A stretch of 64,000 nt of DNA from Pseudomonadota bacterium (GCA_021818505.1 JAKADX010000001.1:111432-175431); one strand, 5' to 3'; positions 44,995-55,100 are shown, numbered from the stretch's first letter. Notes: generated from the letters alone by a model not told the origin. Translations and numbers: made by a program.

Positions 44995-46080
44995 CTACAA
45001 CCGCACCGGATAGCCCACCCCGCGTTCGCGCCGTTGGGTGACCATGCCATAGGCGCGCAGCGCCGGGCGCTCCACCAGCAGCCAGGCCAGCGTGGCCACA
45101 GCCAGCGTCAACGCGGTGGTGCTGAACAGATAGAGAGCCTTGTGATCCTCGGGCAGAACATCGAGCCGGCGCCACAGCGTCGCCTGCAGGGTCTCCACCA
45201 GCGCGAAGGACATATAGTACGAATAGGAAACCTCGCCGAGCCAGTGCAGGCCCGGAATGCGGGCGAGCAACCCGCCCCGCCCCTGCTGTCCGGCCAGCAT
45301 CAGGCCGGTCAGCATGAGCCAGAGCGCCACGATCGTCACCACCTCCGCGCTCGCCGCGGCGGCGACGGCGAAGCCAACAGCACCGGCGAGCGCGAGCAGG
45401 CGGCCGTCGAACCAGCGCGCAAGGCGCGGCAGCAACGGCAGGATCGCCATGCCGGCAATGAACTCGGGAAAGATACGGATCAGCCCGCCATCATAGGTCA
45501 GTGTCAGTCCCTCCTGGTGCGCAATCAGGCGCGCGGCGACGACGCCGAGCAATGTGAGTGGCAGCACCAGCACAAGCCCAATACCATTCTGGCGGCGCAG
45601 CAGCGCCCACAGGAATGGAAATGCGAGATAGGCCGCCCACTCCGCGCTGATCGACCATGACGGATAGTTCCACGCCCACCGGTCGCTGAAGCCCCAGGCG
45701 TGAACCAGCAACAGATTGTTCAGCAGCTCACCCAAGCCGAACCGGTCGGGATCCCGCGGATGCATGTGCAGTACCCAGGCGGTGCCGACCATCAGCGCCA
45801 TGGCGACGATCATGGCGATGTGCACCGGATAGATGCGCACCAGCCGCTTGCCCCAGAACCGACGTGCCTCGGCGAAGTTTATCGGCAGGTCGGGATGCGC
45901 ATAGGCGAGGATCATGCCGGAAAGGATGAAGAAGCCGTCCACCCCGATCGCACCGCGCTGCACGAATCCACCGGCAGCGCCGAGCGCGGGGGCGTATTTC
46001 GCCTCCAGGTTCAGGTGATAGGCGAACACCCATGCCGCGAAGATCGCGCGGCAACACGTGAGGTCCGTGAGATGCTTCAT
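44995..46080 (-). CDS. Acyltransferase family 3 (O-acyl/acetyltransferase) membrane protein
   Basis: Start MKHLTDLTCCRAIFAAWVFAYH at 46080 (361 aa). GVDGFFILSGMIL...RLVRIYPVH. The track ORF up to 46617 is a non-coding extension. Confidence 0.8.
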   Translation of the reverse strand: MKHLTDLTCCRAIFAAWVFAYHLNLEAKYAPALGAAGGFVQRGAIGVDGFFILSGMILAYAHPDLPINFAEARRFWGKRLVRIYPVHIAMIVAMALMVGTAWVLHMHPRDPDRFGLGELLNNLLLVHAWGFSDRWAWNYPSWSISAEWAAYLAFPFLWALLRRQNGIGLVLVLPLTLLGVVAARLIAHQEGLTLTYDGGLIRIFPEFIAGMAILPLLPRLARWFDGRLLALAGAVGFAVAAAASAEVVTIVALWLMLTGLMLAGQQGRGGLLARIPGLHWLGEVSYSYYMSFALVETLQATLWRRLDVLPEDHKALYLFSTTALTLAVATLAWLLVERPALRAYGMVTQRRERGVGYPVRL

Positions 46081-46092
46081 CGTACGACAGGA

Positions 46093-46512
46093 ATGTTCCC
46101 TCGTTCCGGCCGCAATGCTCCGCCGGGGCGCGCCGGTCGTCAGCCGTCCTTCAAGGCTAGCGCGAATGTAAGCCGCTTCGTCGTTGGCGCCGCGATCACT
46201 CTTGTGGTTTTGATCCCCGCCGTCGCGCCGGCGCAGGATTATCGCGCACCGGTACCGGGCGGCGATCTGCCGGCAGGATCGTCGGTGCCGCTGCCCGACG
46301 GGACACGACAGCGTTATGTTGGACCGCATTTCGATGCACAGGGGAGATACGTGCCGCCGCACTACGAAGGTCCCAAGAAATTGCCGTTCCGCGGCTACTT
46401 TCAGGCCGACGAGGTGGCGCGCGCGGCGCAGAAGCAACGCGGCTACGCCGAGACGCCGCCCGACTACACGACGCCGGACAATACCCCGGACAAGAAAGTG
46501 GAGGGCCGCTGA
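46093..46512 (+). CDS. Small hypothetical secreted protein
   Basis: 139 aa from ATG 46093. Hydrophobic segment RFVVGAAITLVVLIPAVAPAQD, then a Pro/Tyr/Asp-rich region. Start and reality are uncertain. Confidence 0.4.
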   Translation: MFPRSGRNAPPGRAGRQPSFKASANVSRFVVGAAITLVVLIPAVAPAQDYRAPVPGGDLPAGSSVPLPDGTRQRYVGPHFDAQGRYVPPHYEGPKKLPFRGYFQADEVARAAQKQRGYAETPPDYTTPDNTPDKKVEGR

Positions 46513-46516
46513 TCGC

Positions 46517-47521
46517 ATGGACGGCGTGCAGACCGCGATGGCGGCAAACGCGGCGCTCACGGCGCCGCCGCCGACGCTGGTCGCGACGCCGGCGCTGTTG
46601 ACTGTCGTGGTCTGCACCCATGCCCGCCCGCATTATCTTGCCACCTGCCTCGCCGCCCTGGCCGCCAATTCCCGCGCCGACAAGTCCGCCGGCGAGTGGA
46701 GCGTGATCGTCGTGGACAGTGCCTCTCCGGCCGCGGCGGCGGCGGAGAACGCCGTGCTGGCGGCAGCACACGGGGCACAGCTGCTGCGCATGGACGAACC
46801 AGGGCTGTCGATTGCACGCAATGCAGGGCTGGACGCGGCGCGTACGCCCTGGATCGCCTATATCGACGACGACGCGGCTGTTGCCCCCGACTGGGTCAGC
46901 GCCATCGCGGCCACGGTTGCGCGCCTTCCGCCGCGCGCCGCGGCCCTCGGCGGGCCGATCGTACCGGCGTGGGAGGCGCCCTGCCCCCCCTGGTGGCCCG
47001 ACGAACTCATCCCGGCACTGACCGTGTTGAACTGGGGCAGCGCGGGTCGCGTCGGTGACGGGCACATGCCGGCGCATGTCGAGCCGTATGGCGCCAACAT
47101 GGTCTTCCGGACCGCCGCGCTGCGCGCCGTCGGCGGCTTCCCGCCCGAACTCGGCCGCATCGGGGCGAAGTTGCTGTCGGGCGAGGAGGCCTGGGTCATG
47201 CGCGCGCTGCGCAGCGCGGGGCACGACATTCATTACGATCCGACGATCAGCGTCACGCACAGCATCCAGGCGGCACGCCTGACGCCCGCGTGGCTGCTGC
47301 AGCGGCAGTTCTGGAGCGGCGTGTCGGAAGCAATCGTGGCCGTCCGTCTGGATGGGCGCCGGCGCGCGTCCGCCAAGGCGCTGCGCATGGCGCTGCACGC
47401 CGTGGCGCGCGCGCCGCTGGCGGCCTGGCCGGTCAACAGCCCGGCGATGATCCGCCAACGCTGCGCCTACGCTTTCGCCTCAGGTTACGTACGCGGGTTG
47501 GTCGGCGCGGTGCGCCGCTGA
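46517..47521 (+). CDS. Glycosyltransferase family 2
   Basis: 334 aa from ATG 46517. LLTVVVCTHARPHYL...VIVVDSAS...GLSIARNAGL...WIAYIDDDA. Confidence 0.8.
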   Translation: MDGVQTAMAANAALTAPPPTLVATPALLTVVVCTHARPHYLATCLAALAANSRADKSAGEWSVIVVDSASPAAAAAENAVLAAAHGAQLLRMDEPGLSIARNAGLDAARTPWIAYIDDDAAVAPDWVSAIAATVARLPPRAAALGGPIVPAWEAPCPPWWPDELIPALTVLNWGSAGRVGDGHMPAHVEPYGANMVFRTAALRAVGGFPPELGRIGAKLLSGEEAWVMRALRSAGHDIHYDPTISVTHSIQAARLTPAWLLQRQFWSGVSEAIVAVRLDGRRRASAKALRMALHAVARAPLAAWPVNSPAMIRQRCAYAFASGYVRGLVGAVRR

Positions 47522-48925
47522 CGCTGCGGCCACGGCGGCCTCACGTTCCAGTTCCGCGCGAGCGAACACGGCGGACACCCAGGCGAACATCACGCTCGCG
47601 GTCGCCGCGATCAGCGTGTTGTCTGTGGCAGAATGGATGGCGAAGGCAATGAACACGGCGCGCATGATGAACCGATCGGTGCGCGGGGCGTGACGCGTCC
47701 AGGTGATCGCCCACACCGCCATCAGCAGGATCAGCAGTCCGAGCCCGACATAGCCGCCGTCCACACCCATGCGCAGATACTCGTTGTGCGCGGCCACAGT
47801 GCCGAGCAGGTGGGCAAGCAGTGAGTCCGGATCGACCACGTTCTTGCCGGCGCCGATCCCCCAGCCGAACATCGGCGATGCATCCCAGGCCCGCCTGAAC
47901 AGCGGCCAGATCAGGTCGCGGCCGCTCAGGCTCTCGGCGTGGTTGGAGAGCACGTTGAGCAGGCGGATGCCGCTTGATCCGGTGGCCAGAGCCGCCAGGA
48001 CCGGCAGTGCCAGCATCCCGAACAGCACCATCGGCAGCCGCCGGCGCATCGGGAACGGCTGGGAGCGGAGGAAGAAAAACACGACCGCCGTCACCCCAAG
48101 CGCGCCAGCGAGCGGCGCGCGCGCGCCCGACAGCCCGAGGATGACGTAGTTGATCACGATCGCAACGAGATGGCGCGGTCGCCCGTCGCGATATAACTCG
48201 ACCAGGGCGGCGTATATCGCTATCGCGGCAAATCCGCCAAGGAAGGCCGGATGCGTTGAACCCGCGAGCCGGAACGCGCCGGCCTCGCTGGTGAACAGCG
48301 GGCGATAATGCACCAGCGCCAGCACCGCGCCGAAGCCGACGATGAACGACGGAACCCAGATGGTCGTATTGATGATCGCGTTGCACCAGCGCCGCGACAG
48401 GCGCGAGAAGGAGAACGCGAACGGCGCGGCCGAGCCGATCAGCGAACGCACGCTGTCGATCACCGTCAGCGTCGGCCAAAGGCCGTGCGCGAGCCCGGTC
48501 ACAAACATGAACAGGAACGCGAATGATGGATTGAACCGGTCCAGGCGCGCGCCGTACCTGACCATGCAGACGACCAGAAGCGCCAGCCCGAGAACCTTGA
48601 CGACCGCGGTGATGACCCCGCCCTGGCCGGTCACGTCGCCGATCCACATTTCCGGACTGCTCCCCGCGAGCAGCAGCCACGCGACCGAGGTCACGACCGG
48701 CGCGCTGATCACCGGAACCGCCACGCAGAGCAGTGTTCCGGCGGCAAGGAACAGCGGCAAGAAGCGAATATTGTAGAGTGAGCCGGCCAACATCGCGAGA
48801 AGGAAGCCACCGCCGGCGACCAGCAGGAACCCATAGAGTTCGCCGCCAGGATCAACCAGCGCCGGCGGCGCGGCTCCACGACGGCGTGACTGCCCCTTTG
48901 CCAACTGCGATGCCGACATCCTCAC
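47480..48925 (-). CDS. O-antigen ligase/polymerase family (Wzy_C-like) membrane protein, probable EPS polymerase
   Basis: 481 aa, more than 10 TM segments, family motif AHNEYLRMGVDGGYVGLGLLIL. Confidence 0.7.
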   Translation of the reverse strand: MRMSASQLAKGQSRRRGAAPPALVDPGGELYGFLLVAGGGFLLAMLAGSLYNIRFLPLFLAAGTLLCVAVPVISAPVVTSVAWLLLAGSSPEMWIGDVTGQGGVITAVVKVLGLALLVVCMVRYGARLDRFNPSFAFLFMFVTGLAHGLWPTLTVIDSVRSLIGSAAPFAFSFSRLSRRWCNAIINTTIWVPSFIVGFGAVLALVHYRPLFTSEAGAFRLAGSTHPAFLGGFAAIAIYAALVELYRDGRPRHLVAIVINYVILGLSGARAPLAGALGVTAVVFFFLRSQPFPMRRRLPMVLFGMLALPVLAALATGSSGIRLLNVLSNHAESLSGRDLIWPLFRRAWDASPMFGWGIGAGKNVVDPDSLLAHLLGTVAAHNEYLRMGVDGGYVGLGLLILLMAVWAITWTRHAPRTDRFIMRAVFIAFAIHSATDNTLIAATASVMFAWVSAVFARAELEREAAVAAASAAHRADQPAYVT

Positions 48926-48955
48926 CTGCCCCCGCGCAGCCGCGCGGGCCGGCGG

Positions 48956-49150
48956 TCAGGCGAGCCAGCGCACCAGCACCACGATCGCCGCGATGCCCAG
49001 GATCGCCAACAGCCCCAGTCCCGCGCCGAACACGATGCCGCGGGCCGGCGCGAATTCGTCGTCATCTGCCTCGGGAAGCGCGGGACCGGCCTCCGACCGC
49101 ACCGGAAGCGTCGGCTCGGCGACATCGCGGCGCATATCGGTTGCGAGCAT
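48956..49150 (-). CDS. Small single-pass membrane protein (64 aa)
   Basis: High GC3 codon usage, acidic N-terminus and C-terminal TM GIVFGAGLGLLAILGIAAIVVLV. Located between the Wzc-like and Wzy-like genes. Confidence 0.5.
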   Translation of the reverse strand: MLATDMRRDVAEPTLPVRSEAGPALPEADDDEFAPARGIVFGAGLGLLAILGIAAIVVLVRWLA

Positions 49151-49268
49151 CGGGCGTTCAATTCACTGCTGGTTGATGACCGGCAATGACAATACCGCAT
49201 CTCGCGATCACGACACAAGGAGGTCGGCGGATTCCGCCCCGACCGTTGCCGCGCGACCATGCTGCCGC

Positions 49269-51635
49269 TCACTCTCGGTAATAGCCGCCGTAGCGCGGGT
49301 GATACACCTCGGCGTCGGAGTGGCCGGAGCGCACATGCGCCCGCGGATCGACCCGGGTCAGCGACACGCCGATCACGCGCGCGTCAGCCTCATCGAGCAG
49401 GTCGAGCGACCGGGACACCACGCTGCGCGGTGTTTCTCGCCAACGAACGCACAGCAGCGTCGCGTCTGCAATGCGCGAGATGATGCGCGCGTCGGTCATC
49501 GCGAACACCGGCGGCGCGTCCAGCAGCACCAGGTCGTAGTCTCGCCGCAACCGATCCAGGCACTGCGTCATCGCATCGGACATGAACAGCCCGAGCGAAT
49601 TCGCCTTCGATGTGCCGGCCGGAATGTAGTCCATCGCGGTCAGCCGGTCGCGGCGGATAATCTCATCCAGGCTGGCCTGGCCGAGCAGGTAATCGACGAT
49701 GCCGCGGCTATGTTCGGCGCGCATCAGCCGCCCGAAGCTCGGCTGGCGCACGTCGCAGTCCAGGACCAGCACGCGTTCGCCGTTCATGGCACTCGACCGG
49801 CCCAGCGCGACCGCCGTGGTGGTCTTGGCCTCGGCGGGACGCGCGGCGGTGATCGCGACGATCTTCGGATGCACGCTGTCCAGCCACAGGCCGGCACGCA
49901 GCGCACGGATCTGCTCGGAGAACGGCGAGAGGGGCTTGCGCACCACATAGTCTTCCATGCGGATGCGCCCGAGCAGGCGCGGTCGCACCGCCGGGATCAG
50001 CGAGAAGCACGGCAGGCCAAGCACCGCGCGCACGTCGTCGCCGCTGCGGAAAGTGCTATCGGCGACCTCAAGCAGATACACCACGAGCAGCCCGAATATC
50101 AGCCCGAATGCGACCGCGGCCGGCAGGAGGATCTTGGTCTTGGGGAAGGACGGCTCGGCCGGCGGAAGCGCCTGGGAGATCACTCGTGCATCCGGCTTCT
50201 CGATGGCGCTCTGCTGCGCGGTCTGCTGCACCCGTGTCAGCACCGCCTGCAGCAGCGTGCGCGCCGCGTCGGCGTTGCGCTGCATCGCATTGAGCGGGAT
50301 CATCGCCTGATTGTTCTTGTCCACCTGCGCTTGTGCGGCTTTCAGGTTGGCTTCCAGCGTCGCGACGCGCGCACGGTCTGCGCGCACCTCGGCATCGGCG
50401 GCGGCAACGTTGCGACCGACCTCGGCGCCGAGCGCCCGTTGCAACTCACGCGACTGATTGCGCAGGCTGATGACGTCGGGATGATTCGGGCCTAGCCGGG
50501 TCAGCAGCGACTGCAGCTGGGCATTGAGCGTGTCCATCTGGATGCGCATCTGCACGACGTTGGGCGACACCGACGCCTGTGCGGCCGCGCCGGCGCGACC
50601 GCGCGCCGCATCGAGCTTTGATTCCGCCTGCGCGAGATCGTTCTGCGCCGTCACCAGGTCGGTGGTCATGCGGCTGATCTGCTCGGTGTCCAGACCCGCC
50701 TGCACACCCTGGAACAGTCCGGTCTTTGCCTTGTAGGTCGCGATCTGATCCTCGGTGGTCTGCACTTCCTTACGCAGTTCCTGGGCGCGTGACTCAAGCC
50801 ACTGGCTCGCGGATTTCACGAGCTGGAATTTCTCGGCGAGCTGGTCGGTGATGTAGAAATCCATGATCGCGTTCACCGCGTCGGCTGAGAGCTGCCGGTT
50901 CTCGGTGGTGAACTTCACGGACAGCACGTGCGACTGGCGCAACGCCTCGACATCGATGGCGTCCTGCACCGCCTGCACGACAGAGTGCCGGATCTCCTCC
51001 GGCGATGGCGGCGGCTTCGCCACCGGGGCTGCGAACACTGCGGCGAGCGACGGCGACACTGGGTCAAACACCGAATAGAGCGCACGCTGCACGGCGTGCG
51101 CGGCGCGCGAGAACAGCGAAGGGGGGCGCAACGTATAGTTGAATTCGGGGTCATCCATGAGCCGGTAGCGATCCACCAGCCGGGAGGCGACGGTCAGACC
51201 GCGCACGATCTCGACCTGGCTTGCCATCACCGCATCGGTCATCGGGTCCTCGTGCAGGATGCTCTGCAGTTCCTGCGCGGCGTATTGCGTCGGCTCGTAA
51301 ACCAGCGAACCCTCGGCGGTGTAGCGTGGCGTCACCTGTTTGAGCGCCACGAAGGCGATCAACGGGATGGCGATGGCGCAGACTATCAGCGGCAGCTTTC
51401 TCCGCCGTACCGCGGAAACCGCCATAGCCAGCTGTGCCGCCGCGACGGCGCGCGGATCGAAGCCAGAAGCGCTCCGGCCGTGATGGCGCTGCCGGCGCTC
51501 GCGCCCGGCGTCACCGTCGGCGGCAATCTCAGTCGGGACGTGCAGCATCTCGGCCCCCATCTCGGCCCCCCGGGCAACTGTCTTGGTCGGTATCGTCAGG
51601 TGTGCGTCCAGGGACGCCGCGTGTTCAGTAGGCAT
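49269..51635 (-). CDS. Polysaccharide co-polymerase/tyrosine autokinase family protein (Wzc/ExoP/GumC-like)
   Basis: Two TMs flank a long coiled-coil periplasmic region. The C-terminal P-loop ATPase domain has VLVLDCDVRQP (Walker A') and LVLLDAPPV (Walker B), plus a Tyr-rich tail VYHPRYGGYYRE. The Walker A reads ARPAEAKTT, which is degenerate. Start uncertain; internal Mets at 51560 and 51548. Confidence 0.8.
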   Translation of the reverse strand: MPTEHAASLDAHLTIPTKTVARGAEMGAEMLHVPTEIAADGDAGRERRQRHHGRSASGFDPRAVAAAQLAMAVSAVRRRKLPLIVCAIAIPLIAFVALKQVTPRYTAEGSLVYEPTQYAAQELQSILHEDPMTDAVMASQVEIVRGLTVASRLVDRYRLMDDPEFNYTLRPPSLFSRAAHAVQRALYSVFDPVSPSLAAVFAAPVAKPPPSPEEIRHSVVQAVQDAIDVEALRQSHVLSVKFTTENRQLSADAVNAIMDFYITDQLAEKFQLVKSASQWLESRAQELRKEVQTTEDQIATYKAKTGLFQGVQAGLDTEQISRMTTDLVTAQNDLAQAESKLDAARGRAGAAAQASVSPNVVQMRIQMDTLNAQLQSLLTRLGPNHPDVISLRNQSRELQRALGAEVGRNVAAADAEVRADRARVATLEANLKAAQAQVDKNNQAMIPLNAMQRNADAARTLLQAVLTRVQQTAQQSAIEKPDARVISQALPPAEPSFPKTKILLPAAVAFGLIFGLLVVYLLEVADSTFRSGDDVRAVLGLPCFSLIPAVRPRLLGRIRMEDYVVRKPLSPFSEQIRALRAGLWLDSVHPKIVAITAARPAEAKTTTAVALGRSSAMNGERVLVLDCDVRQPSFGRLMRAEHSRGIVDYLLGQASLDEIIRRDRLTAMDYIPAGTSKANSLGLFMSDAMTQCLDRLRRDYDLVLLDAPPVFAMTDARIISRIADATLLCVRWRETPRSVVSRSLDLLDEADARVIGVSLTRVDPRAHVRSGHSDAEVYHPRYGGYYRE

Positions 51636-53121
51636 TCTGCATCCGCAGCACGATCACGAACGTGCGCAGCATGATCACGAGATCGAGCCAAAGCGACCAG
51701 GTATCAATGTACTCAAGGTCGCTCTCGACGCGTCGGACCAGCTTGTCCTCGGTGCGGGTCTCGCCACGCAAACCGCGCACCTGGGCTAGCCCGGTCAGCC
51801 CCGGCTTGACGCGATGCCGCGCCGCATAACGATCCACCACCTGCTCGAAGGGACGCGAGCCAGCGCGTGTGCCAGGCGCGTGCGGGCGTGGGCCGACGAT
51901 CGACATCTCCCCGCGCAGAACATTAAATATCTGCGGAAGTTCGTCGAGCGACGTTCGGCGCAGAAAAGCGCCGACTCGCGTCACGCGCGGGTCGTTGCGG
52001 GTGGTCTGACTGCAGATGCTGTATTCCGCCATGTGATGGTGCATGGTGCGGAACTTCAACATCTCGAACTCGTGATTGTTGAAGCCCGTCCGCCTTTGCC
52101 GAAACAGTACCGGCCCGGGCGTGTCGAGCCGGATCGCGACCGCAATCAGCAGCATCGGGATCGCGCACAGGACAAGCGCGAGCGAGCCGACCAGGAGGTC
52201 CTCGGCGCGCTTGACCACGCTGCACACGCCCGAGATCGGCCGATCGGCCACCTGCAGCATTGGATGGCCTTGCAGATCCAGGCGCACGCGCCGCGGGAAA
52301 TGATAGCTGATCAGGTCGGGTGCCAGGCGAACCTCCACCGGGTAGTCCGACAGCAGGTCGATCAACTCCAGGATGCGCCGCTCCTCCGACCAGGGCAGGG
52401 CGAGCACGACCTCATCGACCGCGCCGCGGCGCACGAGGGTCAGCAGATGCACGACGGGTCCGAGCAGCGGCACGCCTTCCACCAACCCGTCAGCGAGATC
52501 GGCGTGGTCATCCACGATGCCGACGATACGCACCGATCGCTCGTCCAGTTTCTGCAGCAGTCGCACCAACCGGCCGCCGGACAGGCCGCTGCCGACGATC
52601 GCGGTGCGCTGCGCGAAGCGCCGACCGGGCCGGCCGGCCATCACGCGCGCCAGCACGATCCGTCCGGCCGCCAAGGCGCCCAGGGCGAGCAAGCCCGCCC
52701 CCGTTGCGGACAAGGGCGGCAGATCCCGGGGATCGGCGAGCAGCAGGACGGCGAGAAGGCTCACCGTGACCGCGGCGCCGCCGGCGCGCAATACCGCCGC
52801 CACCTGCTCGCGGCGGCGAAACAGCAACGGGTGGCGATACGCACCTGATGCAGCCCCTGCCGCCAGGGTCAGCACAGCCAGCAGCAAGGCAAATCGGGCG
52901 GTCATCGTGGGTGCCGCCGCCGTGGGCGCCGCCGCCGCCGCCAGGAACGGAATCGTCAGGCAAATCACCGCATCCAGCAGTATCGCTGCCAGACTCGCCG
53001 CCGCCGGCTGAAGCGGCGGAGTGGCCAACCAGGCGTCAAGCGGGCTCGCCGCGGACGCCTGGGACGACCGGAGCACTCCCGGGCGCAGCGTGGGACCGAT
53101 CCGGCTCATGGCATCGTCCAT
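51625..53121 (-). CDS. Polyprenyl-phosphate glycosylphosphotransferase (WbaP/large PGT type), priming enzyme
   Basis: C-terminal bacterial sugar transferase domain LKFRTM...[40 protein letters not shown]-terminal TMs plus a Rossmann-like region. Start at 53121 or 53109. Confidence 0.85.
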   Translation of the reverse strand: MDDAMSRIGPTLRPGVLRSSQASAASPLDAWLATPPLQPAAASLAAILLDAVICLTIPFLAAAAAPTAAAPTMTARFALLLAVLTLAAGAASGAYRHPLLFRRREQVAAVLRAGGAAVTVSLLAVLLLADPRDLPPLSATGAGLLALGALAAGRIVLARVMAGRPGRRFAQRTAIVGSGLSGGRLVRLLQKLDERSVRIVGIVDDHADLADGLVEGVPLLGPVVHLLTLVRRGAVDEVVLALPWSEERRILELIDLLSDYPVEVRLAPDLISYHFPRRVRLDLQGHPMLQVADRPISGVCSVVKRAEDLLVGSLALVLCAIPMLLIAVAIRLDTPGPVLFRQRRTGFNNHEFEMLKFRTMHHHMAEYSICSQTTRNDPRVTRVGAFLRRTSLDELPQIFNVLRGEMSIVGPRPHAPGTRAGSRPFEQVVDRYAARHRVKPGLTGLAQVRGLRGETRTEDKLVRRVESDLEYIDTWSLWLDLVIMLRTFVIVLRMQNAY

Positions 53122-53540
53122 GAAGTTTAACCGCGTCGTGTTTGACGAAATTTTGACAGCACCCAGTCTACACCGCAAAATGAGCAGTCATCACGCACAA
53201 GAATTATCATCTTGCGACGCAGCGAAACAAAATAACTTTGTCGTCAACGATTTTCCATTGAGTTCCTGCGTTCGGCGCGTTTATCAACCTGCAGTCGATA
53301 TCGAGACCGCTCAACGGCCCAGGTGTCCGTTGCGCTCAAGAACAATACTGGAAACAATCGGCGTCCTCGAAGCCCTGCGACCAAGATCTCCATCAGACTC
53401 TTGCCCTACCTGCCAGAGGACCGATCGACAGAGTGATATCCGTGCGCAGACCGGCGCGGCGTCTTGTGCAGTTAACGGTGCAGTTTGTGTCATTTCATCG
53501 TCCGGCTCGGTTGGTGACTGTTTTCAACAACGCGCGACGC
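53122..53540. other. Low-GC (~50%) non-coding island upstream of the priming-GT/Wzc operon
   Basis: My hand count of 53161-53400 gives 121/240 G+C (50%), against clearly higher flanking coding DNA. It contains A/T runs (aaattttgac, aaacaaaataactttg). No convincing ORF. Confidence 0.6.
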
Positions 53541-53660
53541 CGTCCCGCCGGCGGGCTGGTCGGACCGGGACCCCTCCGACAACGCCGCAGTCGAACGCAG
53601 GCTCCGCCCGGCGCGGCGGGCCGTCCCGTTTCGTCCGGTGCTGTGTCTGGGACGCCGCGG

Positions 53661-55100
53661 TCATGCCGGCTGGCGCCGCAGGCCGACGGTGCGGAGTGCG
53701 GCCGCGACGCTGGCACGCAGCAGCAGCGCCGCCCCCGACAGATACACCGCCGCACCGACCGCAAGCCGCTCGGCCATCAGCGGGAGCGGCCGACCCGGTT
53801 GGCCGAGCGCCATCGGCACCAGCAGCGCCGCTGCCACCGCGGCGATGGCCAGCGCCAGCGCCGGCAGCCCGGTGCGAATCTGGCGCCAGACTCGGTCGCC
53901 GAGAAGCCGCGCAGTGCCGTACTGCATCGCCGGATAGACAAGCGCCTGCGCCCCGGCCCAGACCCAGACCGCACCTTGCGGCGTGGTCGGCCGCGCAAGT
54001 GCCACGCCAGCAAGGGTCAGCACGGTCAGCATGGACATCGACAACAGCGCGAATTGCGGTAGGCCTCGCGCGACCAGCGCGGTACCGGAAGGCGCATAAA
54101 GGAATCCGTACATGGTGATCACGATCAGAACCACTGACGCTTCCGCCGAAGGTGCCCAGACGGGCCCGAGCAGAAGCTGTACCAGTGGGTGAATGACCAC
54201 CAGCATCGCGCCGAACGCCGGGAACAGCACCAGGCTGGTCAGCGCCAGCAGACGAGAGATGGTCGCCTGCAACGCCGGCAAGTCGTCCTGGCGCTCCGAC
54301 ATGGTCGGCAGGGTCAGGCGCCAGAACGCGGTGTTGACCAACTCGCGCACCGTATCGACAAGCCGGAATGCCATGTGAACCTGGCCGAGCGCGGTTGCCC
54401 CGGCGATGCCGCCGATCATCAGCGCGAACAGCCGATAGCGACTGGTCTGTACCAGCGTCGTCAGCACCAGCGGAAACCCGACGCGCAGCAACTCGCGCAC
54501 CGGTTGCCAGCGGAGCACGAGGCGCGGCCGCCAGCGCGTGCGCAGCAGCAGCGAGAGCGCACCGAACAGCGAGTTGACGAGTTGCTGCGTCACCACTGCC
54601 CAGGCTCCGGCGCCGAGCATAGCGAGCGCGATCCCGGCCGCCGTGCCACTGCCCTGGCCGATCACCGCCCGCCCAGCAAGGACGCGGTATTCGCGGTTGC
54701 GAGTGAGCAACCCCTGCATCACGCCAGCAGCGCCGACCAGCGGCAGCGGCAGCGCCAACACGATGCCCATCACGAGGATGCGATGGTCGCCCATGACCCC
54801 GGCAATGCCGACCGCCGCTCCGCACTGCACGCAGGCCGCGGCTACCCCGACGAGCGTGGAGGCCCACAGCGCGCTGGACGCCTCCTCGTCGCCGACCTCA
54901 AGCCGCTGTACCAGCGGATCGGCAAACAGCGCGTTCACCACCACCCACAGCAGCACATGGATCGCCACGACGGCCGCGCCGATCCCGACTTCGGCCGGAC
55001 CCACCAGACGCGCCACGACGAAGGCGGAAACGAACGAAAGCACGGCGGACGATCCGGCCTCGAGGCCCGACCAGAACACGTTGCTCTGCAACAGTCGCAT
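53661..55100 (-). CDS. Polysaccharide flippase, Wzx/PST (MOP superfamily)
   Basis: Start MRLLQSNVFWSGLEAGSSAVLSFVSAFVVARLVGPAEVG at 55100 (479 aa). About 12-14 TM segments. Confidence 0.75.
   Translation of the reverse strand: MRLLQSNVFWSGLEAGSSAVLSFVSAFVVARLVGPAEVGIGAAVVAIHVLLWVVVNALFADPLVQRLEVGDEEASSALWASTLVGVAAACVQCGAAVGIAGVMGDHRILVMGIVLALPLPLVGAAGVMQGLLTRNREYRVLAGRAVIGQGSGTAAGIALAMLGAGAWAVVTQQLVNSLFGALSLLLRTRWRPRLVLRWQPVRELLRVGFPLVLTTLVQTSRYRLFALMIGGIAGATALGQVHMAFRLVDTVRELVNTAFWRLTLPTMSERQDDLPALQATISRLLALTSLVLFPAFGAMLVVIHPLVQLLLGPVWAPSAEASVVLIVITMYGFLYAPSGTALVARGLPQFALLSMSMLTVLTLAGVALARPTTPQGAVWVWAGAQALVYPAMQYGTARLLGDRVWRQIRTGLPALALAIAAVAAALLVPMALGQPGRPLPLMAERLAVGAAVYLSGAALLLRASVAAALRTVGLRRQPA

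Noticed and set aside
53311-53493. 60-aa ORF inside the AT-rich island
   Set aside because: Its codon third positions are A/T-rich, unlike every confident gene here. There is no SD and no recognisable motif. I treat it as non-coding, although a horizontally acquired small gene cannot be excluded.
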